A stretch of DNA of 64,000 nt from an uncultured Oscillospiraceae bacterium (GCA_964550985.1 CAZKBM010000006.1:10642-74641); one strand, 5' to 3'. Shown: positions 7,818 to 18,118, counted from the first letter of the stretch. Notes: a model not told the origin generated them from the letters alone. Numbers and translations are program-made.

Positions 7818-8626
7818 AAACGGTTTGTTTTACCCTGGATGACACCATTCGATTTTTCGAAGAATTGACAAAAAACCGGTACGCCACACTGGCCGAAGCC
7901 CCCTTTTTAGGTCTTTTATACCGGTTACACCAGCGCTTTGGGGCAAAATTCCAACTGAATGTGTTTTACAGTTATGCGCCCGGCGGCTTCTCTTTGGCCG
8001 ATGTGCCAAGCCTGTACCGGGCACAGTTCAGCCACTGGGCTAGCTGGCTAAAATTTTCTTTCCACAGCGCTTACAATGCGCCGCCCTTTCCCTACGCAAA
8101 GGCAGGGCCAGCGGCGCTTTTAAAGGAGTATGACGCGGTGCAAAAAGAACTGCTGCGCATTGTGGGGCCAAACGCCTTAGCCCGCACCACCACCCTACAC
8201 TATGCGGCGGCCCGCCGCGCTGCCATGGAAGCCCTTGCAGGCCGGGGCATACAAGGTTTTGTCGCCATGGCCTATCATTTGCCCGGCGATGCAGCGCTGC
8301 AATACCACCTGACTGCGGAGCAGGGTGCGCGCCTGCGAAAACAAGATGTTTTGTGGGATGAGGCAACAGGGCTTGGCTTTCTGCGCAACCATCTCATATT
8401 AAATAAAACCCGTTTACAGGATTTACCAGGGCAGCTTGCAGCACTTTGTGAAAAACCCCTTTTGCAACTGATGACACACGAGCAGTATTTTTATAAAGAG
8501 TACGAAAACTATCAGCCGGACTACGCTGCCAAGATGGAACTTTGCTGGAAGATATTGCATACCCATGGCTATAGAGCCGCTTTTGTAGAGGATGCGCTAA
8601 GTTTGTTCATTTGCTGTAAAACGTGA
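7814..8626 (+). CDS. Hypothetical protein, possibly deacetylase-like; translationally coupled to the esterase
   Basis: ATG at 7814 overlaps the esterase stop (ATGA). The FTLDD and FHSAYN motifs vaguely recall the NodB/CE4 TFDDG and HSxxH motifs, but the second His is missing. I recognise no family. Confidence 0.55.
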   Translation: MKTVCFTLDDTIRFFEELTKNRYATLAEAPFLGLLYRLHQRFGAKFQLNVFYSYAPGGFSLADVPSLYRAQFSHWASWLKFSFHSAYNAPPFPYAKAGPAALLKEYDAVQKELLRIVGPNALARTTTLHYAAARRAAMEALAGRGIQGFVAMAYHLPGDAALQYHLTAEQGARLRKQDVLWDEATGLGFLRNHLILNKTRLQDLPGQLAALCEKPLLQLMTHEQYFYKEYENYQPDYAAKMELCWKILHTHGYRAAFVEDALSLFICCKT

Positions 8627-8710
8627 TGCAAAGAGAGCGAGGATGGTTTTTTCACTGCAGGGCGGTGTACCCCTAGCCTCGGCTGCTTGATTGGTTCATC
8701 TTATAAATAA

Positions 8711-8745
8711 AGCAGAGAATGCACCCGGCATTCCCTGCTTTTTTA
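8711..8745. terminator. Bidirectional intrinsic terminator between the sugar locus and polC
   Basis: Stem AGCAGAGAATGC / GCATTCCCTGCT with loop ACCCG. TTTTTT follows on the + strand and a T-rich tract (TTTATTTAT) follows on the - strand. Confidence 0.6.
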
Positions 8746-8759
8746 TGCGGTATTGCCTT

Positions 8760-11700
8760 TTAGAACAGGCTGGTTTGGTTGCTTTTGGGCATCGAGCCCA
8801 GCGCCCCCAGGCTGCCCAGGGTCTCCATCACCGTGCTGGATACCCCCGTGGCGCTTTGCAGTTCCTCTACCGAAAGAAACTGCTGGCCGTTTATGGTGGC
8901 GGCCTCTAAATCGCCCGCTGCCTTTTCGCCAACGCCCTTCACCGCCAGGAAGGGCAGGCGAATTTTCCCGTCCTCCACACAGTATTGGCTGGCCTTGCTG
9001 CGGCCCAGTTCAATGGGCAAAAACGCGTAGCCGCGCAGCAGGTATTCGTACACAATTTGCAGCGAGGTGACAACCCCCTCGTTTTTGGCGCTCTTTTCGT
9101 TTTTGGCAAGTTCGGTGGCTGCGGCAAGGCGGCGCTTGGCGGTGGCCTTGCCGCCCACGGCGGCCTCATAGTCAATATCCTCGCCCCGCACCGTAAAATA
9201 GGTGGCGTAAAAGGCCAGTGGATGGTAGATTTTAAACCACATCAGCCGTATGGCCGAGATGAGGTAGGCCACGGCGTGGGCCTTGGGGAACATGTATTTA
9301 ATTTTTCGGCAGCTTTCTAAGTACCATTCCTCCACGCCGTGGGCGCGCAGTTCATCCTCCACACCGGGGGGGAAGCCCTTTTTGGCCACCTTGCCCTTAC
9401 GGGTCAGCTCCATCACGTCAAAGGCCATTTTGGGGGGCACGCCCTTGTGGATGAGGTCTGTCATGATGGAATCGCGCGTACCGATAACCTCGGATATGGT
9501 GCAGGTTTTATCCCGTATGAGGTCCTGGGCGTTGCCATTCCACACGTCTGTACCGTGGGAAAGGCCCGAAATTTGAATAAGGTCGCCAAAATTCTGCGGC
9601 TGGGCCTCCATCAGCATCTGGCGCACAAAGTTTGTGCCCAGTTCGGGTATGCCAAAGGTGCCGGTTTTGCTGCCCAGCTCTGCGGGGCTAATGCCCAGTG
9701 CCTCGGTAGAGGTGAGCAGGCTGATGACCTTTGGGTCGTTCATGGGCACCTCTTCCATTTTGATGCCCGAAAGCTTTTCCAAGTGGTGATACATGGTGGG
9801 CACATCATGGCCCAGTTCATCCAGCTTTAAAAGGGTGTCGTGCAGGTACTTGAACTCAAAGTGTGTGGTGACCACCCCTTTGTCTTTGTCGTCGGCAGGA
9901 TGCTGCACGGGGCAAAAATCGGTAATCTCCTTGCCTGCGGGCACCACCACCATGCCGCCGGGGTGCTGGCCGGTGGTGCGTTTCACCCCCTCACAGCCCT
10001 TACAAAGCCGGTCAATCTCCGCCGAGGGTACGCTTCTGCCGCGCTCGGCCAGATAATTTTTTACATAGCCGTAGGCGGTTTTATCCTGCATTCCGCTTAC
10101 CGTGCCGGCTTTATATACATATTCTTTGCCAAATAGTTCCTCGGTATAGCGGTGGGCCTGGCTTTGGTATTCGCCCGAAAAGTTGAGGTCAATATCCGGC
10201 TCTTTGTCGCCGTCAAAACCCAGGAAGGTTTCAAAGGGAATTTCGTTGCCGTCCCCCAACATTTTTTGGCCGCAGTGCGGGCAGTTTTTATCGGGCAAAT
10301 CGAAGCCGCTGGCCACGCTGCCATCGGTAAAAAACTCGCTGTGTTTGCAGTTTTCGCAAAGATAATGGGGGGGCAGCGGGTTCACCTCAGAGATGCCCGC
10401 AAAATTGGCCACGGCGGAAGAACCCACCGAGCCACGGCTGCCCACGAGGTAGCCGTTTTCCTCGCTGTTTTTTACCAGCTTTTGGGCGATAACATACAGT
10501 ACGGCATAGCCGTGCTTGATGATGGAATCCAGCTCTTTTTGCAGCCGTTCTTCTACCAGTTGCGGGATGGGGTCTCCATATCGCTTTTTGGCGTTCTCCA
10601 TGGTGGCTTCGCGCAAAATTTCATCCGAGCCCTCAATCACCGGGGTAAAGGTGCCTTTGGGGATGGGGCGGATGTCGGCGCTGATGCTGCTGGCTATGGC
10701 GTTCGGCGCATCAATCACCACGGCCCTGGCGTCCTCCGGGCTCAAATAGCCAAATTCGGCCAACATCTCGTCCGTGGTGCGGAAATAGAGCGGCGCTTGG
10801 TTATCGGCGTCGCCAAAGCCCTGCCCCGCCTGCAATACGCTGCGGTACACGGCGTCGCGCGGGCGCAAAAAATGCACGTCGCCTGTTGCCACCACGGGCT
10901 TTTGCAGTTTTTTGCCAAGGGCGATGATCTTTTTGTTGAAGTCCTGCAAAACGGTTTCACTTTCCACCTTGCCATCGCGCAGCAAAAATTCGTTGTTGCC
11001 CAGTGGCTGCACTTCCAAAAAATCATAGTAGGCGGCAATATGTTCCAGTTCTTCATCCCCCGCGCCCGCCAAAATGGCCCGGTACAACTCGCCCGCCTCA
11101 CAGGCCGAGCCCACCAGCAGCCCTTCGCGGTGCTGGTTTAACAGGCTGCGGGGCACCCTGGGCCCCTTGCTTATGCCACTACTAAAATATTCAATATGGC
11201 TTTGGGAGACAATTTTGTATAAATTTTTAATACCCGCCTGGGTTTGGGCCAGCAATATCATGTGGGAGTTGCGGCGGGAGAGCACGTTTTTGGCCCGCAG
11301 GCCGGTATTCAGGTTTTCCAGTGTCTCTATGCCGCGTCCCCGCAGTTCCTCCAGCATGGCGCAGAACATCTGCCCCGTGGCCTTGGCGTCGTCTATGGCG
11401 CGGTGGTGCTGAAAGGGGGGCACCCCCAGATGGGCTGTCAGGGTATCCAGCTTATAGTTTTTAAGCCCGGGATACAGCGCCTGGCCCAGGGGCAGGGTGT
11501 CCACGCAGGGCAGGGCAAAAACAAGGCCCTCGGCCTCAGCTGCCGCGTGCATAAAGCGCATGTCAAAGCCATGGCCGTTGTGGGCCACCAATATGCTTCC
11601 GGCCGCGAATTCCAAAAAGGCACGCAAGGCCTCCCCAGCTCTGGGCGCGTCCTTTACCATCTCGTCGGTAATGCCCGTCAATTTAATAATGTTGGGGGGG

Positions 11701-13055
11701 ATGGGTTTTTGGGGGTTGACAAAGCTTTGAAAATCGCCGCAAAGTTTGCCATTTTGCAGCTTTACGGCCCCAATTTCGGTAAGTGTTTCGCTATGGGGGG
11801 AAAGGCCGGTGGTTTCAATATCAAACACCACAAAAGAGGTATTGGCGAGGCTGCCTGCAGCAGGGCGGTCCAGCACGGGCACCATATCGTCTACAAAATA
11901 GGCCTCCATGCCGTAAATCACCTTAAAATCGGGGTAATCCCCCCTCAGGCTATCCCAGGCCAGCATGGCCTCGGGGAAGGCCTGCACCACGCCATGGTCG
12001 GTAATGGCAAGGGCCTTATGCCCCAGTTTGGCGGCCGCTTTTACGGCCGCTCCGGGGTCGCACAGGCCATCCAGGGCGCTCAACTTTGTATGCAGGTGCA
12101 ATTCTACCCGCTTTTCTTCCGCCTCGTCTACCCAGGGCTTGCGCTTTGCACGCAGCACGTCGGCCGGGCGCAGGGTGTACTCGTTTGTAAAGGTGTCGTA
12201 ATAATATTCGCCGCGGATGATGAGGCAGTCCCCCGGTGCAATTTCCCCAAGTTTTCCCATTTTTGCATCGGGAAAAAGGCGGTGTTTTACCGAAATGGAC
12301 GTCTCGTAATCCGTCAGGCCCAGCAGCATAATCTGCCCCCCATTGCGCAGCTCCCGCCAGTCCACCTTAAAAATATCGCCGCAAACCACACATTTGCGGC
12401 TGCCCTCGTCTAAGCTGGCTATCGCATCTATCTTATCCGGCACAAAAGTGGCGCCAAAAATAACCTCGGCCGGCTGGCCGCCAAGGTCTGGCCCCAATGT
12501 AACAGGCAGCTGCAAGCCCGCGCTGCGCGCTGCGGGTTTCGGGGCTTTTTTTTCAATTTTTTCTATCACTTCGTCTGCGTCTAGCTGGTTTTTTGCCTCC
12601 AGCACTACACGCATGGCCCGGCCTGTTTTTTGCAGAATCAATTCTTCCAGCGCCGCGGGAAAGCCCATCTCGCAAAGCATGGAGCACCCAGCGGGCACAT
12701 CTATGCGCACCTCGTTTTCCCAAAAGCTGATGGTGGCTTTTTTAAAGTAACCATTCAGCGGCATTCCCCCAAGGCTTAATTCCTCAATTAAAAAAAGCAC
12801 AGCTTCGCTGTTCAGTTGGGTGTGGGCAAACTGCCCTGCCAATATGAGGTCATAGGAGGGAAAGCGGGTGGCAAGCCCGGTTTGCAGGCTTTGCGTCTCA
12901 CCCATAGAGAGCGCCCTGGGGCTGTGGAAACGCACCTTAACCCGGCTATTTTTTTCATCGATACCCACGGCGTCTACCACAACCTCACTGGCCACGCGGG
13001 CAAAGCCCCCATCCCGTACCAGTTCGGGGCAAAGTTCTAAAAGCGGCAAACCCAA
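8760..13055 (-). CDS. polC: DNA polymerase III alpha subunit, PolC type (PHP, 3'-5' exonuclease, polymerase core)
   Basis: 1431 aa. Exo motifs (FVVFDIETTGLS, HNGHGFDMRF, HRAIDDA), PHP (VELHLHTKLSALDG) and the zinc module CENCKH...CPHCG. TTG start lies 2 nt after the ispG stop. Confidence 0.97.
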   Translation of the reverse strand: MGLPLLELCPELVRDGGFARVASEVVVDAVGIDEKNSRVKVRFHSPRALSMGETQSLQTGLATRFPSYDLILAGQFAHTQLNSEAVLFLIEELSLGGMPLNGYFKKATISFWENEVRIDVPAGCSMLCEMGFPAALEELILQKTGRAMRVVLEAKNQLDADEVIEKIEKKAPKPAARSAGLQLPVTLGPDLGGQPAEVIFGATFVPDKIDAIASLDEGSRKCVVCGDIFKVDWRELRNGGQIMLLGLTDYETSISVKHRLFPDAKMGKLGEIAPGDCLIIRGEYYYDTFTNEYTLRPADVLRAKRKPWVDEAEEKRVELHLHTKLSALDGLCDPGAAVKAAAKLGHKALAITDHGVVQAFPEAMLAWDSLRGDYPDFKVIYGMEAYFVDDMVPVLDRPAAGSLANTSFVVFDIETTGLSPHSETLTEIGAVKLQNGKLCGDFQSFVNPQKPIPPNIIKLTGITDEMVKDAPRAGEALRAFLEFAAGSILVAHNGHGFDMRFMHAAAEAEGLVFALPCVDTLPLGQALYPGLKNYKLDTLTAHLGVPPFQHHRAIDDAKATGQMFCAMLEELRGRGIETLENLNTGLRAKNVLSRRNSHMILLAQTQAGIKNLYKIVSQSHIEYFSSGISKGPRVPRSLLNQHREGLLVGSACEAGELYRAILAGAGDEELEHIAAYYDFLEVQPLGNNEFLLRDGKVESETVLQDFNKKIIALGKKLQKPVVATGDVHFLRPRDAVYRSVLQAGQGFGDADNQAPLYFRTTDEMLAEFGYLSPEDARAVVIDAPNAIASSISADIRPIPKGTFTPVIEGSDEILREATMENAKKRYGDPIPQLVEERLQKELDSIIKHGYAVLYVIAQKLVKNSEENGYLVGSRGSVGSSAVANFAGISEVNPLPPHYLCENCKHSEFFTDGSVASGFDLPDKNCPHCGQKMLGDGNEIPFETFLGFDGDKEPDIDLNFSGEYQSQAHRYTEELFGKEYVYKAGTVSGMQDKTAYGYVKNYLAERGRSVPSAEIDRLCKGCEGVKRTTGQHPGGMVVVPAGKEITDFCPVQHPADDKDKGVVTTHFEFKYLHDTLLKLDELGHDVPTMYHHLEKLSGIKMEEVPMNDPKVISLLTSTEALGISPAELGSKTGTFGIPELGTNFVRQMLMEAQPQNFGDLIQISGLSHGTDVWNGNAQDLIRDKTCTISEVIGTRDSIMTDLIHKGVPPKMAFDVMELTRKGKVAKKGFPPGVEDELRAHGVEEWYLESCRKIKYMFPKAHAVAYLISAIRLMWFKIYHPLAFYATYFTVRGEDIDYEAAVGGKATAKRRLAAATELAKNEKSAKNEGVVTSLQIVYEYLLRGYAFLPIELGRSKASQYCVEDGKIRLPFLAVKGVGEKAAGDLEAATINGQQFLSVEELQSATGVSSTVMETLGSLGALGSMPKSNQTSLF

Positions 13056-13057
13056 AG

Positions 13058-14113
13058 CTATATTTCCCCCATATTTTCTATCTCTTTTAGCAGTTCTTCC
13101 AGGTAATTCCCCCGAATTGTGCGTATTTTTTCCCCTTTTTTAAATAATACCGCACTGTCTTTCCCGCCGGCCAGGCCAAGGTCGGCCTCCTTGCCCTCGC
13201 CTATGCCGTTTACCACACAGCCCATCACGGCAATTTTTAGGGTTTTTTTTGAATTTTTCAGTTTTTCCGCCAATTCTTCGGCAAGCTGGGCCACCGGAAC
13301 GCAGGTGCGCCCACAGGTGGGGCAGCTGATAATCTCCGGCCCCGGCAGGGCAAAACCCGCCGCACGCAGGATATCATACCCCGCCTGTACCTCTTTTTCG
13401 GGCTCGTCCGTCAGCGAAACACGCAGCGTATCCCCAATGCCGTCCAGTAGCAGGCTACCTATGCCCATGGCGTTTTTGATAAGCCCGGTGCGGTAGGTGC
13501 CTGCCTCGGTAACACCCAGATGCAAAGGGTAGGCGCACTGCTGGGCCAAAAGGCGGTAAGCCGCCACATTGGTGGGCACATGGCTGGATTTTAACGAGAT
13601 GACAATATCGGTAAAATCATTCTCTTCCAGCAGCCTCGCCTGGTTCAGGGCGCTTTCCACAAGGGCCGGGGCTGTGGGGCGGCCATATTTTTCCAGCAGT
13701 TCTTTTTCCAAACTGCCGCCGTTTACCCCAATGCGAATGGGCACCTTAGCGTCTTTACAGGCACGGGCCACAAGGCGCACCCGGTCTTTTCCCCCTATAT
13801 TTCCGGGGTTTATCCGTATTTTATCTATCCCGGCCTCCACCGCGGCCAGGGCAATTTTATAATCAAAATGGATATCGGCCACCAGCGGTATGCGAAGGGT
13901 TTTTTTAAGGGCTTTTACCAGCTCAATATCCCCCATGGTGGGCACGCTGACCCGTAAAATGGCGCAGCCCGCCTCTTGCAGCCTTTGCGCCTGGCGCAGG
14001 TTGCCCTCTATATCGGCAGAGGGCACGCTTAGCATACTTTGTACAGCCAAAGGTGCATCCCCGCCAACAGGTACTGCGCCAATTTTTACGGGTTTTGTCT
14101 CTCGTCTTTGCAC
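13058..14113 (-). CDS. ispG: 4-hydroxy-3-methylbut-2-enyl diphosphate synthase
   Basis: 351 aa with PIRIGVNGGSL, the C-terminal Cys cluster ISCPTCGR, and MGCVVNGIGE. Confidence 0.95.
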   Translation of the reverse strand: MQRRETKPVKIGAVPVGGDAPLAVQSMLSVPSADIEGNLRQAQRLQEAGCAILRVSVPTMGDIELVKALKKTLRIPLVADIHFDYKIALAAVEAGIDKIRINPGNIGGKDRVRLVARACKDAKVPIRIGVNGGSLEKELLEKYGRPTAPALVESALNQARLLEENDFTDIVISLKSSHVPTNVAAYRLLAQQCAYPLHLGVTEAGTYRTGLIKNAMGIGSLLLDGIGDTLRVSLTDEPEKEVQAGYDILRAAGFALPGPEIISCPTCGRTCVPVAQLAEELAEKLKNSKKTLKIAVMGCVVNGIGEGKEADLGLAGGKDSAVLFKKGEKIRTIRGNYLEELLKEIENMGEI

Positions 14114-14199
14114 TTAACTCTCCATATCCTTTTTTTGAAAAATTGGCCATACAGGCTTTTGAAAACTTTAGCGGGCTTTGCATCAGGGTTTCCGTCGCC

Positions 14200-15261
14200 T
14201 TAGCTGGCCAGGCGTACAATGTCGTTAAAGGTGGCAAATACCATAAGACCCATCAGCAACACAAGGCCCGTGGCATTGATGGCAATTTCCCACTTTTGGT
14301 TCATGGGTTTGCGGCGGATGCCCTCCACCAGCAAAAGCAGTGCCTTGCCGCCATCCAAGGCGGGCAGGGGCAGCATGTTTACGATGCCCAGGTTGATGGT
14401 GATGAGCGCAAGTAGGTTTAAAACACTGCGCCAGCTTACCAAAGCCGCCTTGCCAATTTGCTCTACAATGCCCACCGGGCCCGATAGGTTGTTGATGGGC
14501 AGCCTGCCCGCAATGAGATCGACCAGGGAGAGCACAATGGCCCTGCCGGAGGAGAGCGTTTCAAAAAAAGCCTGCTGAATAACGGTAAATACATTTTTAT
14601 CCAGCGGCAACACCGCAAAGCTGATATCGAGGTAGACATAGGGCTTCCCTGTGGTCTCATCCATCACCACTTCGCCCGTTGCCTCATCTACGGCCTCGGC
14701 CATGGGGAAGCTTACGCCGTTTAGCTGTACCTTTTCCCCATCGCGCCGCACCAGTAAATCAAAACTGCCGTTTTGGGTGCGGGCAAACTCATACATCATA
14801 TCGTTCATGGTAAAGCATTTGCGGCCATTGATCTCTAAAAATACATCGCCCACCTTTAGGCCGGTGCTCTCATCGTACACGCGGGAGACGGTGCGGCTGG
14901 CAATGGGCCCGCCGGTGCTTACCAAAATAAGCAGCACCACAAAGCCCAGCAGCAAATTCATAATTGCACCCGCCACAATAACGGCCATACGTTTATAAAT
15001 AGGCGCACGGGTAAAGGCGCGGGGCTCGTCGCTCTCCTCGTCCTCCCCTTCCATACTTACAAAGCCCCCAATGGGCAAAAGCCGCAGGGCATATTTTGTC
15101 TCGCCTTTGGTAAAGCTGAATAAGGTTGGCCCCATACCCAGGGCAAATTCATTTACCTTAATGCCACTTTTTTTGGCAACCAAAAAATGCCCCAGTTCAT
15201 GGATGAAAATAACCGCCCCAAAAACCAGCAAGGCCACCAATATCATAATGACAAAATTCAT
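14200..15261 (-). CDS. rseP: RIP site-2 zinc metalloprotease RseP/RasP (M50) with PDZ domain
   Basis: HELGH motif in TM1, an internal PDZ-like segment, and C-terminal NLLPLPALDGG. Confidence 0.9.
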   Translation of the reverse strand: MNFVIMILVALLVFGAVIFIHELGHFLVAKKSGIKVNEFALGMGPTLFSFTKGETKYALRLLPIGGFVSMEGEDEESDEPRAFTRAPIYKRMAVIVAGAIMNLLLGFVVLLILVSTGGPIASRTVSRVYDESTGLKVGDVFLEINGRKCFTMNDMMYEFARTQNGSFDLLVRRDGEKVQLNGVSFPMAEAVDEATGEVVMDETTGKPYVYLDISFAVLPLDKNVFTVIQQAFFETLSSGRAIVLSLVDLIAGRLPINNLSGPVGIVEQIGKAALVSWRSVLNLLALITINLGIVNMLPLPALDGGKALLLLVEGIRRKPMNQKWEIAINATGLVLLMGLMVFATFNDIVRLAS

Positions 15262-15305
15262 GGAACTTCCTTTCCTGCAAAACGGGTGAATCTGTGCATT
15301 TATGC

Positions 15306-16085
15306 TTATTTATTTTTAAAACGCTTTCTCGTTTGGTGTTCCGCGTCCAGCATGGCCTCTCTGGCCGGTACGCCCGTCAATGTTTTCAGTTTATTTTGGG
15401 CGCTTATCACCCTTTCCAGCCACAATTGTTTGGGCTCATCCAAATTGCGGCAGGTTTTGGGAATGGAGATCGGCTCACCAAAAATCAGGCGGTTTTCCTC
15501 CCCTTCCACGGCTTGTTCTATGAAAGCGGGCAAAACCGGTATGCCCAGTTTGCGGGCCAACCAAAAGGCCCCCCGCTCAATATCCTCGGCTTTATCTTTG
15601 TTAATATCGTAAATGGTGCCCTGGGCAAACAGCAAAAAATGGCGCGGTTTCTCCCCTTCGGCAAACCATTTTTCGGCTACTTTTATCGCCTCCATCGAGC
15701 CTTTTGCACTGGTACGGTCCACGGCTATCACCTTTTCGGTATCCAGCACGGGCAAAAACTGCTTGGGTATGGAAACCCCGTTAAAACAGTTTTCCTTGGC
15801 AAACACAAAAAGCTGGGGATACCCTTTTAGCACGCTGTGCATCAGCTGGTAGTAATAGCTCATAAAAAGCGGCGCATCGGCATCGGTTAAATGGTTTGAG
15901 GCAATGACATAGGAGGTTTTGGTAAAATCCTGCGGCAGGTTCAAAACCTGTAAATGAAAAGCTTTTAAAATATTCAGCTTAATTTCTATTAATTTCTCCT
16001 TAAATGCTTCTGGGTCGTTGGCAACACTCATCACGTCCTCTTGGGCAATTTTGGTAAAGAATGTGCCGGCATTAAAAAGTTGCAT
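15306..16085 (-). CDS. Lysophospholipid (1-acyl-sn-glycerol-3-phosphate) acyltransferase-like protein
   Basis: Acyltransferase HX4D-type block SNHLTDADAP and FAQGT. It sits within the lipid/isoprenoid cluster between dxr and rseP. Confidence 0.7.
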   Translation of the reverse strand: MQLFNAGTFFTKIAQEDVMSVANDPEAFKEKLIEIKLNILKAFHLQVLNLPQDFTKTSYVIASNHLTDADAPLFMSYYYQLMHSVLKGYPQLFVFAKENCFNGVSIPKQFLPVLDTEKVIAVDRTSAKGSMEAIKVAEKWFAEGEKPRHFLLFAQGTIYDINKDKAEDIERGAFWLARKLGIPVLPAFIEQAVEGEENRLIFGEPISIPKTCRNLDEPKQLWLERVISAQNKLKTLTGVPAREAMLDAEHQTRKRFKNK

Positions 16086-16097
16086 GGTATCTCCCCT

Positions 16098-17258
16098 TTA
16101 TAGATGCCCGCGCACATAACTGCGGGCGGCTTTATCACATTCGTATACATCGGCAAGGGTGTAGGCGCCGGCGTAACTTTCGGCCTGTACGCAGCCCTCC
16201 ACCAGGCGGCCAATATCCAAAAACGAGATACGGTTTTGCAAAAATAAGGCTGTGGCTTCTTCGCCCGCGCCGTTGGCCGCACAAGGGGCAAGCCCCCCTT
16301 TGGCCGCTGCGGCCTTGCAAGCGGCCAAACAGCGGAAGGTTTTTTCATCCGCAAGGCCAAAATCCAGCTTTTGCAGGGTTTTAAAATCCAGCGCGGGGGC
16401 ATTGCCCGGCAGGCGGTTTGGCCAGGTGAGGGCATACTGGATGGGAATGCGCATATCCGGCGCCCCAAGTTGCGCCAGCACCGAGTGGTCGTCAAACTCC
16501 ACCATGGAATGGATGATGCTCTGCCGCTGTACCACAATTTCAATCTGCTTTGGGGGCAGGCCAAACAGCCACATGGCCTCAATAAACTCAAGGCCCTTAT
16601 TCATCAGCGTGGCTGAATCGATGGTGATTTTGCTGCCCATATCCCAGTTGGGGTGCCGCAATGCCTCGCTGGGGCTCACCGCCTTCAGCTCAGCGGCGGT
16701 TTTGCCATAAAAGGGCCCCCCGCTTGCCGTTAAAATAATTTTGTGCAGCGCCTTGGCCGAGTGCGCATCCTGCAAACACTGAAAGATGGCGCTGTGCTCG
16801 CTATCCACCGGCAAAAGGGCCGCGGCGTGCAGCTCTTGCTCTTTCAGTACAAGCTGGCCGCCCGTCACCAGGCTCTCTTTGTTGGCCAAGGCCACATCCA
16901 TGCCCCCGGCAAGGGCCGTAAGGGTGGCGTCCAGCCCGGCAATACCCACAATGGCGTTTAGTACCATGTCGGCCCCGCTTTCGGCCACGGCATTGCGGGC
17001 GGCGTGTTTGCCCCGCAGCAAAACCGGCGGCTTTGGCATTGCCGCCAATTCCCCTTCTATTTTTTGGGCGGCCTCTTCCTGTGCCACGGCCACAATATCG
17101 GGCTGGAAGGCCCGCACCTGGCGCAGCAGCACTTCGGTATTTTTCCCCGCGGCCAGGGCCGCTACACGGTAGCCAAGCTGCTGTATCACCTCAAGGCTTT
17201 GCAGGCCAATGGAGCCTGTGCTACCCAGTAACGCTATGGTTTTTGCCATTTTTTTCAC
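16098..17258 (-). CDS. dxr: 1-deoxy-D-xylulose 5-phosphate reductoisomerase
   Basis: GSTGSIG NADPH motif, LANKESLV, PVDSEHSAIFQC and HPNWDMG. Confidence 0.95.
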   Translation of the reverse strand: MKKMAKTIALLGSTGSIGLQSLEVIQQLGYRVAALAAGKNTEVLLRQVRAFQPDIVAVAQEEAAQKIEGELAAMPKPPVLLRGKHAARNAVAESGADMVLNAIVGIAGLDATLTALAGGMDVALANKESLVTGGQLVLKEQELHAAALLPVDSEHSAIFQCLQDAHSAKALHKIILTASGGPFYGKTAAELKAVSPSEALRHPNWDMGSKITIDSATLMNKGLEFIEAMWLFGLPPKQIEIVVQRQSIIHSMVEFDDHSVLAQLGAPDMRIPIQYALTWPNRLPGNAPALDFKTLQKLDFGLADEKTFRCLAACKAAAAKGGLAPCAANGAGEEATALFLQNRISFLDIGRLVEGCVQAESYAGAYTLADVYECDKAARSYVRGHL

Positions 17259-18118
17259 CGTAAAAAGTAGTAGAATACCACCCGCACTGCAATCACCACA
17301 AGGGGGGCTATGAACATCACACTGTCAAAACGGTCCAATATTCCGCCGTGGCCGGGGAAGATGGTGCCGTAGTCTTTAATTTCACACTGGCGCTTCACAG
17401 CCGAGGCAAAAAGGTCGCCCGCCATGCCCAATAGCGACGCCGGTATGCCAAACAGGGCCACCAGCAGATAGTACACATTGCTCACCCCATTCCAGGGCAT
17501 GGCATCATGCCAAAACGTCACATAGAAAAACGTGATGAGCACCCCCACCAGCATACTGCCCAGTACGCCGCCCACGGCGCCTTCCACCGTTTTATTGGGG
17601 CTTACCTTTGGGGCAAGCTTGTGTTTACCAAAGGCCCGGCCCACAAGGTAGGCAAAGGTATCGCCCCCCCAGGCATAGCCCAAAATCAGCACCAAAAAGT
17701 AGATGGCATCGTAGCCAAACTGGCTGCTGGGCAGTAAAAACTTTAGGTGGATGAGCGAGTAAAAGCATAGCAATACAATGAGAGAGAACACCGACATGCC
17801 GCTTAGCTTTGCAAAGTTGACGGTTTGGCAGTTCAAGATAACGCAGAGCGCCAAAAACAGGGCGAACAGGTAGGCTACGGGCTCCAGCCAAACGCGCACG
17901 CGCAGATAGTCTGACAGCATAAGGATGAGGGTGAGGGGTACAAAGCCGATATAGAGGTAGATGCTTTTTTTGCCAAAACGGAAAGCGGCATAAATTTCGT
18001 GTATGGCCACAAGGCAAACGGCGGCAAATACAAGGTTAAAAATAATGGTGTCGTATAACAAAAGCGCCAAGGCAAGCAAAACAATGCCCACCACCGCTGT
18101 AATTACCCTAGTTTTCAT
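17255..18118 (-). CDS. cdsA: Phosphatidate cytidylyltransferase
   Basis: Multi-TM protein with the C-terminal signature SAVKRQCEIKDYGTIFPGHGGILDRFDS. ATG at 18118 follows a GGAGGA RBS. The track ORF is extended upstream. Confidence 0.9.
   Translation of the reverse strand: MKTRVITAVVGIVLLALALLLYDTIIFNLVFAAVCLVAIHEIYAAFRFGKKSIYLYIGFVPLTLILMLSDYLRVRVWLEPVAYLFALFLALCVILNCQTVNFAKLSGMSVFSLIVLLCFYSLIHLKFLLPSSQFGYDAIYFLVLILGYAWGGDTFAYLVGRAFGKHKLAPKVSPNKTVEGAVGGVLGSMLVGVLITFFYVTFWHDAMPWNGVSNVYYLLVALFGIPASLLGMAGDLFASAVKRQCEIKDYGTIFPGHGGILDRFDSVMFIAPLVVIAVRVVFYYFLR

Noticed and set aside
10152-12413. Long + strand ORFs (329 aa and 389 aa) inside polC
   Set aside because: They are antisense to a confidently identified PolC. 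Their composition is rich in G/A/H/Q/V and they have no recognisable motifs. Long antisense ORFs of this kind are expected in GC-rich coding DNA. The same reasoning applies to 51117-52472 (antisense to rnj), 53226-54068 (antisense to rnhA/mnmA), 23583-24440 (within comEC), 24860-25729, 28539-29453, 48597-49592 and similar track entries.
16031-16591. 186-aa minus-strand ORF overlapping dxr in another frame
   Set aside because: It overlaps the confidently assigned dxr and the acyltransferase start. It is Pro/Arg/Trp/Cys-rich with no motifs, so it is an alternative-frame artefact.
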